From the NCBI GenBank assembly GCA_002269645.1, contig NIVC01002800.1, positions 38,194 to 102,193 on the forward strand: DNA of 64,000 bases, read 5' to 3'. Positions 33,759 through 46,300 of the stretch are shown here, piece after piece. The position numbers were made by a program, and so were the translations under genes. Position 1 is the stretch's first letter. Each line of letters begins with the position of its first letter. The notes below the pieces were generated by a model. It was not told the DNA's origin, made no database searches, and was given only the letters and a program-made list of their open reading frames with translations. This DNA is from Macrostomum lignano. Lineage: Eukaryota.

Positions 33759-36700
33759 ATGACAACCACTGTTTTCTCTGTAAGCATCTGCTGTTGTCTG
33801 CTGGCAGCAGCCGCCGCAGCCGATTCGGAAGCTGGAGAGTCGCCGCGCGGCGTGCCTCGCTCCAAACTGGGCCTCTACGATCCCACGAAACCGTTCAACT
33901 GCCTTGACGGCTCCGGCACCCTGCCCTGGTCCAAGGTCAACGACGACTACTGCGACTGCCGTGACGGTTCGGACGAGCCGGGCACTTCGGCTTGTAAGAA
34001 TGGCCGATTTTTCTGTAGAAACCGGGGGCACAAGCCCAAGTACCTGCTGGCTAGTCGGGTCAACGACGGCGTCTGCGACTGCTGCGACGGCACCGACGAA
34101 TTCGATTCGTGGACTACCTGCGCCGACGTCTGCTGGGAGGAGGGCAAAGCGGCCAGGTGGGTGGCGTAGGCTGCGTCCAGGAAGATGATGGATGAGTCAG
34201 AAAGATGGCAGATCGTCAGGAAGATGACAGATCGGTCAGGAAGATGATAGATGAGTCAGGAAGATGATATCAGTTAGGAAGATGACAGTTGAATCAGGAA
34301 GATGACAATCAGTAAGGAAGATGATAGATGAGTCAGGAAGATGGCAGATCAGTCAGGAAGATGACGAATCAGTCAGGAAGATGATAGATGAGTCAGGAAG
34401 ATGACAGATGAGTCAGGAAGCTGACAAATCAGTCAGGAAAATGGCAGATGAGTCAGGCACATAACACACCAGTCAGGAAAATGGCAGATGAGTCAGGCAC
34501 ATAACACACCAGTCAGGAAAATGGCAGATGAGTCAGGCACATAACACACCAGTCAGGAAAATGGCAGATGAGTCAGGCACATGACACACCAGTCAGGAAA
34601 ATGGCAGATGAGTCAGGCACATGACACACCAGTCAGGAAAATGGCAGATGAGTCAGGCACATGACACACCAGTCAGGAAAATGGCAGATGAGTCAGGCAG
34701 ATGACAGTTGAGTCAGGAAGATGATATCAGTCAGTAAGATAGCATCAGTCAGGCAGATGACATAAGTCAAGAAGTAAGGAAGAAGAAAAATCAGTCAGGA
34801 AAATTGCAGATGAGTCAGGAAGAAGACAAATCAGTCAAGAAGAGGACAGATGAGTCAGGCAGATGATATCAGTCAGGCAGATGACAGATCAGTCAGGCAG
34901 ATGACAGTTGAGTCAGGAAGATGACAGACGAGTCAGGAAGATGACAGTTGAGTCAGGAAAAGGGCAGATGAGTCAGGCACATGACACATCAGTCAGGAAA
35001 ATGGCAGATGAGTCAGGCACATGACACATCAGTCAGCAAAATGGCAGATGAGTCAGGCACATGACAAATCGATTAGGAAAATGGCAGATGAATCAGAAAG
35101 AAGACAAATCAGTCAGGAAAATGGCAGATGAGTCAGGAAGAAGACAAATCAGTCAGGCAGATGACAGATCAGGCAGGCAGATGACAGATCAGGCAGGCAG
35201 ATGACAGATCAGTCAGGCAGATGACAAATCAGTCAGGCAGATGACAGATCAGTCAGGCAGATGACAGATCAGGCAGGCAGATGACAGATCAGGCAGGCAG
35301 ATGACAGATCAGGCAGGCAGATGACAGATCAGTCAGGAAGATGACAGGTCAGTCAGGCAGATGACAGATGAGTCAGGAAGATGACAGATCAGGCAGGCAG
35401 ATGACAAATCAGTCAGGCAGATGACAGATCAGGCAGGCAGATGACAAATCAGTCAGGCAGATGACAGATCAGGCAGGCAGATGACAAATCAGTCAGGCAG
35501 ATGACAGATGAGTCAGGAAGATGACAGATCAGGCAGGCAGATGACAGATCAGGCAGGCAGATGACAGATCAGGCAGGCAGATGACAGATCAGGCAGGCAG
35601 ATGACAGATCAGGCAGGCAGATGACAGATCAGGCAGGCAGATGACAGATCAGGCAGGCAGATGACAAATCAGTCAGGCAGATGACAAATCAGTCAGGCAG
35701 ATGACAGATCAGGCAGGCAGATGACAGATCAGGCAGGCAGATGACAAATCAGTCAGGCAGATGACAAATCAGTCAGGAAGAAGACAGATCAGTCAGGAAG
35801 ATGACAAAAAAGTCAGGCAGATGACAGATCAGTCAGGAAGAAGACAGATCAGGCAGGCAGATGACAAATCAGTCAGGCAGATGACAAATCAGTCAGGCAG
35901 ATGACAAATCAGTCAGGAAGAAGACAGATCAGTCAGGAAGATGACAAAAAAGTCAGGCAGATGACAGATCAGTCAGGAAGAAGACAGATCAGGCAGGCAG
36001 ATGACAAATCAGTCAGGCAGATGACAGATCAGGCAGGCAGATGACAGATCAGGCAGGCAGATGACAAATCAGTCAGGCAGATGACAGATCAGGCAGGCAG
36101 ATGACAAATCAGTCAGGAAGAAGACAGATCAGTCAGGAAGATGACAAAAAAGTCAGGCAGATGACAGATCAGTCAGGAAGAAGACAGATCAGGCAGGCAG
36201 ATGACAGATCAGGCAGGCAGATGACAAATCAGTCAGGCAGATGACAAATCAGTCAGGAAGAAGACAGATCAGTCAGGAAGATGACAAAAAAGTCAGGCAG
36301 ATAGCCATTTTTATCCAACATGTTCACCCAGAGAGGAGGCGGAGCGCCGTCACGCCCAGCTAGTCGAAGGCCACAAGGTGTACAACACTTGGCTGCAGGA
36401 TGTTGAGCCGAAGCTGGCCGCCAGACGGAAGCGCTTAGCGGAGATCGGTGCCGAGCTGGAGCGGGTGCAGCCGAGCAAGGCGGAGCTGGAATCGGCTAAG
36501 AAAGCGGCCGAGGATGCGGAAGAGGCGGCCAAAACCGAGCATAAGAAGGTTGGGCGGGGGGAGTTCGTGATTACCCTTAGTGTTTACAGTGATTTATGGC
36601 AGATATCTGTGGCTGTGATCTGACAGATATCTAACTGTGATCTGACATATATCTAACTGTGATCTGACAGATATCTAACTGTGATCTGACATATCTAACT

Positions 36701-36789
36701 GTGATCTGACAGATCTCTAACTGTGATCTGACAGATCTCTAACTGTGATCTGACAGATCTCTAACTGTGATCTGACATATCTCTAACTG

Positions 36790-36853
<64 letters not shown>

Positions 36854-38517
36854 ATCTTACAATTTATCCCTACAACTCACCAACAACCGCCCCGCCGCCG
36901 CAGGCCTGGGAGGAGTCGCGCGAACGCCAGCGAGCCGAGCGCGTCTTCAACGAGCTGGACTCAGACTCCGACGGTCGCATCGGCCTGGCCGACCTGCAGA
37001 TCCATCCGGAATTCGACGTCAACGCCGACGGCGGCGTCACCTTGGACGAGCTGCGCCAATACACCGAAGGCTTAGACGAAGCGGACTTTGCCTCCTTCCA
37101 GGAGAAGATCTGGCCAAATATTAAAACCATTTTCAAATCGTTGAAACAGCAACAGCAGCCGGCTGCGGAATCGGCTCCAACTGCCGAGGAGTCGACGGAC
37201 AAAGAAATGGACGAAGCTCTAGGCGAAGGCGCTCAACCGCCGCCGACGCAGCCGACGCCGCAGGAGGATCAAGCCGAGGCCGAGACGGACTCGATGCCCG
37301 ACTATCCGGCCGAGGTGCAGGAGCTGATCAACAAGGCCAACGAAGCTCGAGAGGCCTACAATAAAGCCAATGATGAGGCTAGCAAGCTGACTACGGAGAA
37401 GTCGGACTTGGAGCGCCTGGTTGAGCGAGACTACGGCCCGTCTAATGCGTTCTTTCCTATGGCCGATTCTGGCGAGTGTGCCGAGTTCAACGACAATGAA
37501 TACACCTATAAGCTGTGCCCGTTCAAGGAGAGTCTGCAGGTTCGATTTTTATTAACTGCCGTGTTTGTTGGAATTTGTGTATTTATAGATCTACAGATTG
37601 GACCTTTGAGTTTATAGATCTGCAGATCGGTCCTTTGAGTTTATAGATCTGCAGATCGATCCTTTGAGTTTATAGATCTGCAGATCGGTCCTTTGAGTTT
37701 ATAGATCTGCAGATCGATCCTTTGAGTTTATAGATCTGCAGATCGGTCCTTTGAGTTTATAGATCTGCAGATCGGTCCTTTGAGTTTATAGATCTGCAGA
37801 TCGGTCCTTTGAGTTTATGGATTTGCAGATTGGACATTTGAGTTTATAGATCCACAGATCGGTCCTTTGAGTTTATAGATCCACAGATCGGTCCTTTGAG
37901 TTTATAGATCCACAGATCGGTCCTTTGAGTTTATAGATCCACAGATCGGTCCTTTGAGTTTATAGATCCACAGATCGGTACTTTGAGTTTATAGATCCAC
38001 AGATCGGTCCTTTGAGTTTATAGATCCACAGATCGGTACTTTGAGTTTATAGATCCACAGATCGGTCCTTTGAGTTTATAGATCCACAGATCGGTACTTT
38101 GAGTTTATAGATCCACAGATCGGTCCTTTGAGTTTATAGATCCACAGATCGGTACTTTGAGTTTATAGATCCACAGATCGGTCTTTTAGATTACAATTGA
38201 TGCAGACCAGCATAGAATTTCAATATAAATCACAGATTCAAAAGGCTTCGGGATCGAGCACATCGCTGGGCCGATTCAAAGACTGGTCCGGTCCTGAAGG
38301 CGACAAGTACAGCTCCCAGGAGTACACTGACGGCCAGGGCTGCTGGAACGGGCCAAACAGATCCACTAAAGTGCGCATCGTCTGCGGCCCGAAGACCGAA
38401 CTGCTGTCGGCTAGCGAGCCGAGCCGCTGCGAGTACAGCATGGAGCTGGCCACGCCTGCGGCTTGTCACGCCCATCCGACTGCCGAGACTGTTGACCCGG
38501 AGCACGATGAGCTGTAG
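33759..38517 (+). CDS. PRKCSH: Glucosidase II beta subunit; exons 33759-34156, 36332-36548, 36904-37539, 38236-38517 (~510 aa)
   Basis: Signal peptide; LDLa-like VNDDYCDC.DGSDEPGTSAC and RVNDGVCDCCDGTDE; EF-hand DSDSDGRI; acidic region; MRH domain (YTYKLCPF, GQGCWNGPNRST, EPSRCEY); C-terminal HDEL. Phase-consistent GT-AG introns. Confidence 0.96.
34185..36302. repeat. PRKCSH intron 1 minisatellite, 20-bp unit agtcagg(a/c)agatgacaga(t)c/g, with 40-bp dimers at ~34430-34680
   Basis: Directly visible, 2.1 kb. Confidence 0.95.
36600..36852. repeat. PRKCSH intron 2: 22-bp unit taactgtgatctgacagat(a/c)tc followed by (TG)n at 36790-36851
   Basis: Directly visible. Confidence 0.93.
37585..38190. 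repeat. PRKCSH intron 3 minisatellite, 29-bp unit tttgagtttatagatc(c/t)(a/g)cagatcggtcc
   Basis: About 20 units. Confidence 0.95.
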
Positions 38518-38640
38518 CTGGACAAATTCTGGGCGTTGCTGATGATGTGGCGAAACTAACTTGATTGGACCTTGAGTGATGTAGCTTCTCTGCTATTGGT
38601 TTACTGTTTATGCCGGATATTACTGTCTGTAGCACTATTA

Positions 38641-39655
38641 GTGAGTCAGTCACTGATTGGCCCACCTGTGAGTCATTGATGGGGGTCCAGTTGTGAGTAG
38701 GGGGACAGAGTGAGTCAATGATGGGGGTCCAGTTGTGAGTATTGGGGGGCAGAGTGAGTCACTGATGGGGGTCCAGTTGTGAGTATTGGGGGGCAGAGTG
38801 AGTCACTGATGGGGTCCAGTTGTGAGTAGGGGGGGTGGGGGGCAGTTTGAGTCACTGATGGGGGTCCAGTTGTGAGTAGGGGGCAGAGTGAGTCACTGAT
38901 TGGGGGTCCAGTTGTGAGTATTGGGGGGGCAGAGTGAGTCACTGATTGGGGTCCAGTTGTGAGTAGGGGGGCAGTTTGAGTCACTGATGGGGGTCCAGTT
39001 GTGAGTAGGGGGGGGCAGTTTGAGTCACTGATGGTGGTCCAGTTGTGAGTAGGGGGGGCAGTTTGAGTCACTGATGGGGGTCCAGTTGTGAGTAGGGGGG
39101 GGGCAGTTTGAGTCACTGATGGGGGTCCAGTTGTGAGTAGGGGAGGCAGTTTGAGTCACTGATGGGGGTCCAGTCGTGAGTAGGGGAGGCAGTTTGAGTC
39201 ACTGATGGGGGTCCAGTTGTGAGTGGGGGGGGCAGTTTGAGTCACTGATGGGGGTCCAGTTGTGAAGGGGGGGCAGTTTGAGTCACTGGTGGGGGTCCAG
39301 TTGTGAGTAGGGGGGGCAGTTTGAGTCACTGATGGGGGTCCAGTCGTGAGTAGGGGAGGCAGTTTGAGTCACTGATGGGGGTCCAGTTGTGAAGGGGGGG
39401 GGGCAGTTTGAGTCACTGATGGGGTCCAGTTGTGAAGGGGGGGGGCAGTTTGAGTCACTGATGGGGGTCCAGTTGAGTAGGGGGGGGGGGCAGTTTGAGT
39501 CACTGATGGGGGTCCAGTTGTGAGTAGGGGGGGGCAGTTTGAGTCACTGATGGGGGTCCAGTTGTGAGTAGGGGGGGGGCAGTTTGAGTCACTGATGGGG
39601 GTCCAGTTGTGAGTAGGGGGGCAGAGAGTTGTGAGTAGGCAGAGTGAGTTACTGA
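38641..39655. repeat. ~41-44-bp G-run minisatellite gagtcactgatgggggtccagttgtgagtaggggggcagttt downstream of the PRKCSH stop
   Basis: About 23 units with variable G-run length. Confidence 0.94.
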
Positions 39656-39949
39656 AGGACTTTGCGCCCCCACTCTGCTTATCAGTGCCAATAGTGACAG
39701 GCTTTTCTGTTTAATTATTAATTTTTTCAGCCACTAATAATGCCTGGTGTTTTAGAACAAACTATTAATAGTACTTTCGTGCACACGCTTGCACTTGAGT
39801 GTGGTCAATTGCTGTTAACTTTTGTCAAACTTCTGTCTGTCACAATACCTTTTTCTACTATCCACTTTGTTAATTAAGTCAGTCGTGTTGGTTCATTGTA
39901 TTCTATTTATGACTGGGGGAATTCATAATGATATAGGTTTTATATCTTC

Positions 39950-39955
39950 AATAAA
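39950..39955 (+). terminator. Candidate polyadenylation signal AATAAA for PRKCSH
   Basis: First AATAAA seen after the stop, in AT-rich sequence downstream of the array. Confidence 0.45.
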
Positions 39956-40103
39956 ATCTACATTGCTAGGCTAGCTTCTATAAAACAGTTTGGCGTATTG
40001 TTTTGGGCTTTTAATAATTTTACTACAAGCTTAAGAATTGAAATATTTTGATTGTTCATTCATAAGTTCAGGCATACCCTATGGAGAGTGGGAATTCCAA
40101 ACC

Positions 40104-40221
40104 CAGGGGTCGGCAAACTTCGGCCTACTCAAGGTTTGTGTCTCTTCTCAGCTCTTCTCTCTTCTTCCAAGAGCTAGAATTTTCATCTGGCCCTTGAGGT
40201 AAAAAAGATTTCAGACCCCTG
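40104..40221 (-). mobile_element. Internally deleted hAT MITE copy (118 bp), ~90 nt upstream of the USP ATG
   Basis: caggggtcggcaaactt ... tttcagacccctg termini. The reverse complement matches the left end of the 54988 copy (ttttttacctcaagggccagat). Confidence 0.8.
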
Positions 40222-40313
40222 ATCTACTTTGAGTAGTGTAACACGATTTTTAGGTTATTTAATTAGAAATTACAAAAAATATATCGATTTTAATGCCTAT
40301 TGTTGCAGTAATC

Positions 40314-43300
40314 ATGTCGTCGCCTAAAAGGCCTGTGGCTAATAAAGCTAATAAAAGTAGCTCCTGTACTCACGTTGACATGGTGCTGCTCAGTTGGGAG
40401 GAGATCAAGGCTAAACAGGTGAGTAACTTCTGTTACTCATCTGATATCTCTTGTTTGATTGTTTAAATACATTCAAAATAAATTTGAGTTTGTGTTTTTT
40501 TTCATTTTACAGCCAAAATGCGAGGACTGCGGCAAATTCTGCAAAGGCGCCTGCTGGCTGTGCCTGTTCCAGGACTGCGAATACGTGGGCTGCGGCTCCA
40601 GGCAGGCCGATCACAGCTCCAGGCATCAGGCGGGTGTTGCCTGGGGGCTGGCAAAGGGGCAATGGGGGGTTCGGGGCAGATTAGGAAGATGGGATATCAG
40701 GGGAGATTAGGAAGATGGGATATCAAGTGAGATTAGGAAGATGGGATATCAGGGGAGATTAGGAAGATGGGATATCAGGGGAGATTAGGAAGATGAGATA
40801 TCAGGTGAGATTAGGAAGATGGGATATCAGGGAAGATTAGGAAAATGGGATATCAGGTGAGATTAGGAAGATGGGATATCAGGTGAGATTAGGAAGATGG
40901 GATATCAGGGAAGATTAGGAAGATAAGATATCAAGTGAGATTAGGAAGATGGGATATTAGGGGAGATTAGGAAGATGAGATATCAGGTGAGATGTGGAAG
41001 ATGGGATATCAGGGAAGATTAGGAAGATGGGATATCAGGGAAGATTAGGAAGATGGGATATCAGGGGAGATTAGGAAGATGGGATATCAGGTGAGATTAG
41101 GAAGATGGGATATCAGAGAAGATTAGGAAAATTGGATATCAGGTGAGATTAGGAAGATGGGATATCAGGTGAGATTAGGAAGATGGGATATCAGGGAAGA
41201 TTAGGAAGATAAGATATCAAGTGAGATTAGGAAGATGGGATATTAGGGGAGATTAGGAAGATGAGATATCAGGTGAGATGTGGAAGATGGGATATCAGGT
41301 GAGATTAGGAAGATGGGATATCAGGGAAGATTAGGAAGATGGGATATCAGGGGAGATTAGGAAGTTGAGATATCAGGTGAGATGTGGAAGATGGGATATC
41401 AGGGAAGATTAGGAAGATGATATATCAGGTGAGATTAGGAAGATGGGATATCAGGGGAGATTAGGAACATGGGATATCAGGGGAGATTAGGAAGATGGGA
41501 TATTAGGTGAGATTAGGAAGATGGGATATCAGGTGAGATTAGGAAGATGGGATATCAGAGAAGATTAGGAAAATTGGATATCAGGGGAGATTAGGAAGAT
41601 GGGATATCAGGTGAGATTAGGAAGATGGGATATCAGGGGAGATTAGGAAGATGGGATATCAAGTGAGATTAGGAAGATGGGATATCAGGTGAGATTAGGA
41701 AGATGGGATATCAGGTGAGATGTGGAAGATGGGATATCAGGGAAGATTAGGAAGATAAGATATCAGGGGAGATTAGGAAGATGGGATATCAAGTGACATT
41801 AGGAAGATGGGATATCAGGTGAGATTAGGAAGATGGGATATCAAGTGAGATTAGGAAGATGGGATATCAGGTGAGATTAGGAAGATGGGATATCAGGTGA
41901 GATTAGGAAGATGGGATATCAGGGGAGATTAGGAAGATGGGATATCAAGTGAGATTAGGAAGATGGGATATCAGGGGAGATTAGGAAGATGGGATATCAG
42001 GGGAGATTAGGAAGATGAGATATCAGGTGAGATTAGGAAGATGGGATATCAGGTGAGATTAGGAAGATGGGATATCAGAGAAGATTAGGAAAATGGGATA
42101 TCAGGGGAGATTAGGAAGATGGGATATCAGGTGAGATTAGGAAGATGGGATATCAGGTAAGATTAGGAAGATGGGATATCAGGTGAGATTAGGAAGATGG
42201 GATATCAGGGGAGATTAGGAAGATGGGATATCAAGTGAGATTAGGAAGATGGGATATCAGGTGAGATTAGGAAGATGGGATATCAGGTGAGATTAGGAAG
42301 ATGGGATATCAGAGAAGATTAGGAAAATGGGATATCAGGTGAGATTAGGAAGATGGGATATCAAGTGAGATTAGGAAGATGGGATATTAAGTGAGATTAG
42401 GAAGATGGGATATCAGGGGAGATTAGGAAGATGGGATATCAGGTGAGATTAGAAAGATGGGATATCAGGTGAGATTAGGAAGATGGGATATCAGGTGAGA
42501 TGTGGAAGATGGGATATCAGGGAAGATTAGGAAGATAAGATATCAGGGAAGATTAGGAAGATGGGATATCAGGGGAGATTAGGAAGATGATATATCAGGT
42601 GAGATTTGGAAGATGGGATATCAGGGAAGATTAGGAAGATGGGATATTAGGGAAGATTAGGAAGATGGGATATCAAGTGAGATTAGGAAGATGGGATATC
42701 AGGGAAGATTAGGAACATGGGATATCAGGGGAGATTAGGAAGACGGGATATCAGGGGAGATTAGGAAGATGGGATATCAAGTGAGATTAGGAAGATGGGA
42801 TATCAAGTGACATTAGGAAAATGGGATATCAAGTGAGATTAGGAAGATGGGATATCAAGTGAGATTAGGAAGATGGGATATCAAGTGAGATTAGGAAGAT
42901 GGGATATCAGGTGAGATTAGGAAGATGGGATATCAGGGGAGATTAGGAAGATGAGATATCAGGTGAGATTAGGAAGATGGGATATCAGGGAAGATTAGGA
43001 AGATGATATATCAGGTGAGATTAGGAAGATGGGATATCAGGGGAGATTAGGAAGATGGGATATCAAGTGAGATTAGGAAGATGGGATATCAGGTGAGATT
43101 AGGAAGATGGGATATCAAGTGAGATTAGGAAGATGGGATATCAGGTGAGATTAGAAAGATGGGATATCAGGTGAGATTAGGAAGATGGGATATCAGGTGA
43201 GATGTGGAAGATGGGATATCAGGGAAGATTAGGAAGATAAGATATCAGGGGAGATTAGGAAGATGGGATATCAACTGAGATTAGGAAGATGGGATATCAG

Positions 43301-46300
43301 GTGAGATTAGGAAGATGGGATATCAGGTGAGATTAGGAAGATGGGATATCAGGGGAGATTAGGAAGATGGGATATCAGGGGAGATTAGGAAGATGGGATA
43401 TCAGGGAAGATTAGGAAGATAGGATATCAGGGGAGATTAGGAAGATGGGATATCAGGGGAGATTAGGAAGATGATATATCAGGTGAGATGTGGAAGATGG
43501 GATATCAGGGAAGATTAGGAAGATGGGATATCAGGGAAGATTAGGAACATGGGATATCAGGTGAGATTAGGAAGACGGGATATCAGGGGAGATTAGGAAG
43601 ATGGGATATCAAGTGAGATTAGGAAGATGGGATATCAAGTGACATTAGGAAAATGGGATATCAGGTGAGATTAGGAAGATGGGATATCAGGTGAGATTAG
43701 GAAGATGGGATATCAGAGAAGATTAGGAAAATTGGATATCAGGGGAGATTAGGAAGATGGGATATCAGGTGAGATTAGGAAGATGGGATATCAGGGGAGA
43801 TTAGGAAGATGGGATATCAAGTGAGATTAGGAAGATGGGATATCAGGTGAGATTAGGAAGATGGGATATCAGGTGAGATGTGGAAGATGGGATATCAGGG
43901 AAGATTAGGAAGATAAGATATCAGGAGAGATTAGGAAGATGGGATATCAAGTGAGATTAGGAAGATGGGATATCAGGTGAGATTAGGAAGATGGGATATC
44001 AAGTGAGATTAGGAAGATGGGATATCAGGTGAGATTAGGAAGATGGGATATCAGGGGAGATTAGGAAGATGGGATATCAAGTGAGATTAGGAAGATGGGA
44101 TATCAAGTGAGATTAGGAAGATGGGATATCAAGTGAGATTAGGAAGATGGGATATCAAGTGAGATTAGGAAGATGGGATATCAGGTGAGATTAGGAAGAT
44201 GGGATATCAGGGGAGATTAGGAAGATGAGATATCAGGTGAGATTAGGAAGATGGGATATCAGGGAAGATTAGGAAGATGAGATATCAGGTGAGATTAGGA
44301 AGATGGGATATCAGGGGAGATTAGGAAGATGGGATATCAAGTGAAATTAGGAAGATGGGATATCAAGTGAGATGTGGAAGATTGGATATCAAGTGAGATT
44401 AGGAAGATGGGATATCAAGTGAGATTAGTAAGATGGGATATCAAGTGAGATGTGGAAAATTGGATATCAAGTGAGATTAGGAAGATGGGATATCAAGTGA
44501 GATTAGTAAGATGGGATATCAAGTGAGATTAGGAAGATGGGATATCAGGTGAGATTAGGAAGATGGGATATCAAGTGAGATTAGGAAGATGGGATATCAA
44601 GTGAGATTAGGAAGATGGGATATCAAGTGAGATTAGGAAGATGGGATATCAAGTGAGATTAGGAAGATGGGATATCAGGTGAGATTAGGAAGATGGGATA
44701 TCAGGTGAGATTAGGAAAATGGGATATCAAGTGACATTAGGAAAATCGGATATCAGGTGAGATTAGGAAAATGGGATATCAAGTGACATTAGGAAAATGG
44801 GATATCAGGTGAGATTAGGAAAATGGGATATCAAGTGACATTAGGAAAATGGGATATCAAGTGACATTAGGAAGATGGGATATCAGGGGAGATTAGGAAG
44901 ATGGGATATCAGGGGAGATTAGGAAGATGGGATATCAGGGGAGATTAGGAAGATGGGATATCAGGGGAGATTAGGAAGATGTGATATCAGGGGAGATTAG
45001 GAAGATAGGATATCAAGTGAGATTATGAAGATGGGATATCAAGTGAGATTAGGAAAATGGGATATCAGGGGAGATTAGGAAGATGGGATATCAGGGGAGA
45101 TTAGGAAGATGAAACATCGCTAACAAAGGCTCATCCGTATTCCGTGTGCAGACGGAAGAAGGCCACCCGCTGTGCATTAACCTGCGCAACAAGCGGTTCT
45201 GGTGCAGCAAATGCAAATGTGAAGTATTCGAGCATGGCAACACGCCGCAGTTTGTGCTGCGCAAATTTGCCGCCGGTTTCGAGAACTCGCAGCGGGGCTG
45301 GCCGGCGGCGGCGGAGAGCAGCTCGGATGAGGAGGCTGAGCCGGAGAGCCTGGGCCTCACTGGCCTGCGCAACCTGGGCAACACCTGCTACATGAATGCG
45401 GCTGTTCAGGCGCTGTCGCACTGTCGCCAGCTCACCCGGTTCTTTCTGGACTGTCCGGGCCTGGCCAGACCCGGCCGATTCGCCGCCAGGAGCCTTGGGA
45501 CGCCGCTGTGCTCAGCCTACGCCGGCCTACTGGCCGATCTGTGGTCGCCGCAGCGACACTCGGCCGTGACGCCCCATCTGCTGCTGCAGTCCATGCGACA
45601 GGCGCATCCGGCATTCCGCAGCTGGGCCCAGCAGGACACACAAGAGTTTCTGCGCTGCTTCATGGACCAGCTGCACGAGGAGTTAAAACGGCCCCTGCTG
45701 CTGCCGCCTGTCGGCGAGGAGGACGACGACGGAGGAGGCAACAGTGGCAATGGCGGCGGCGGCGATGTCAACTCCGACGGTGGCGCATCGGCTGGCGTTG
45801 CTGACGGTGCGGACTCGACCGCTGCTGGGGCGGCGTTGGCGCCGGGCTCAGCGGCGCCGATGGCGGCCTCTCCTTCGGCGAACTCTCTGGTGTCGTCGAC
45901 TGAAGCGTCGGCATCGGCAGGCGGAGCAGCGACGACGGTTGAAGACTGCGGGAACGCCGATCAGGGCTCTGTCGGGCCAGGCGAAGGCGCTGTTAAACGA
46001 AGGTGAGTTTAACCGCAACACACTACTGCCGCTGTCAGTAGCAAGTAAGCAATGCGCATTTTGTCATTTATATTTGATTAACTAATGACAGTTGAAATCT
46101 CTTTTTCACAGCCGAATCCGCAGGTTTAATAGCATCATCTCCGACATATTCAACGGCAGTCTGGTGTCAACCGTTCAATGCAACTCTTGCGAGAGTCTGT
46201 CGTCAACGCTTGAAGTCTTTCAAGACTTGTCGCTGCCAATTCCCGTGGCTGAGCAGTTGGCCGCCAGGCAGAGAAGATCCAGCAGCGGCGGCGGCAGCAG

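Noticed and set aside
38539-38556. Hammerhead ribozyme-like CTGATGA...GAAAC just after the PRKCSH stop
   Set aside because: The intervening tgtggc cannot form stem II with the conserved G-C pair, and I found no convincing stems I or III.
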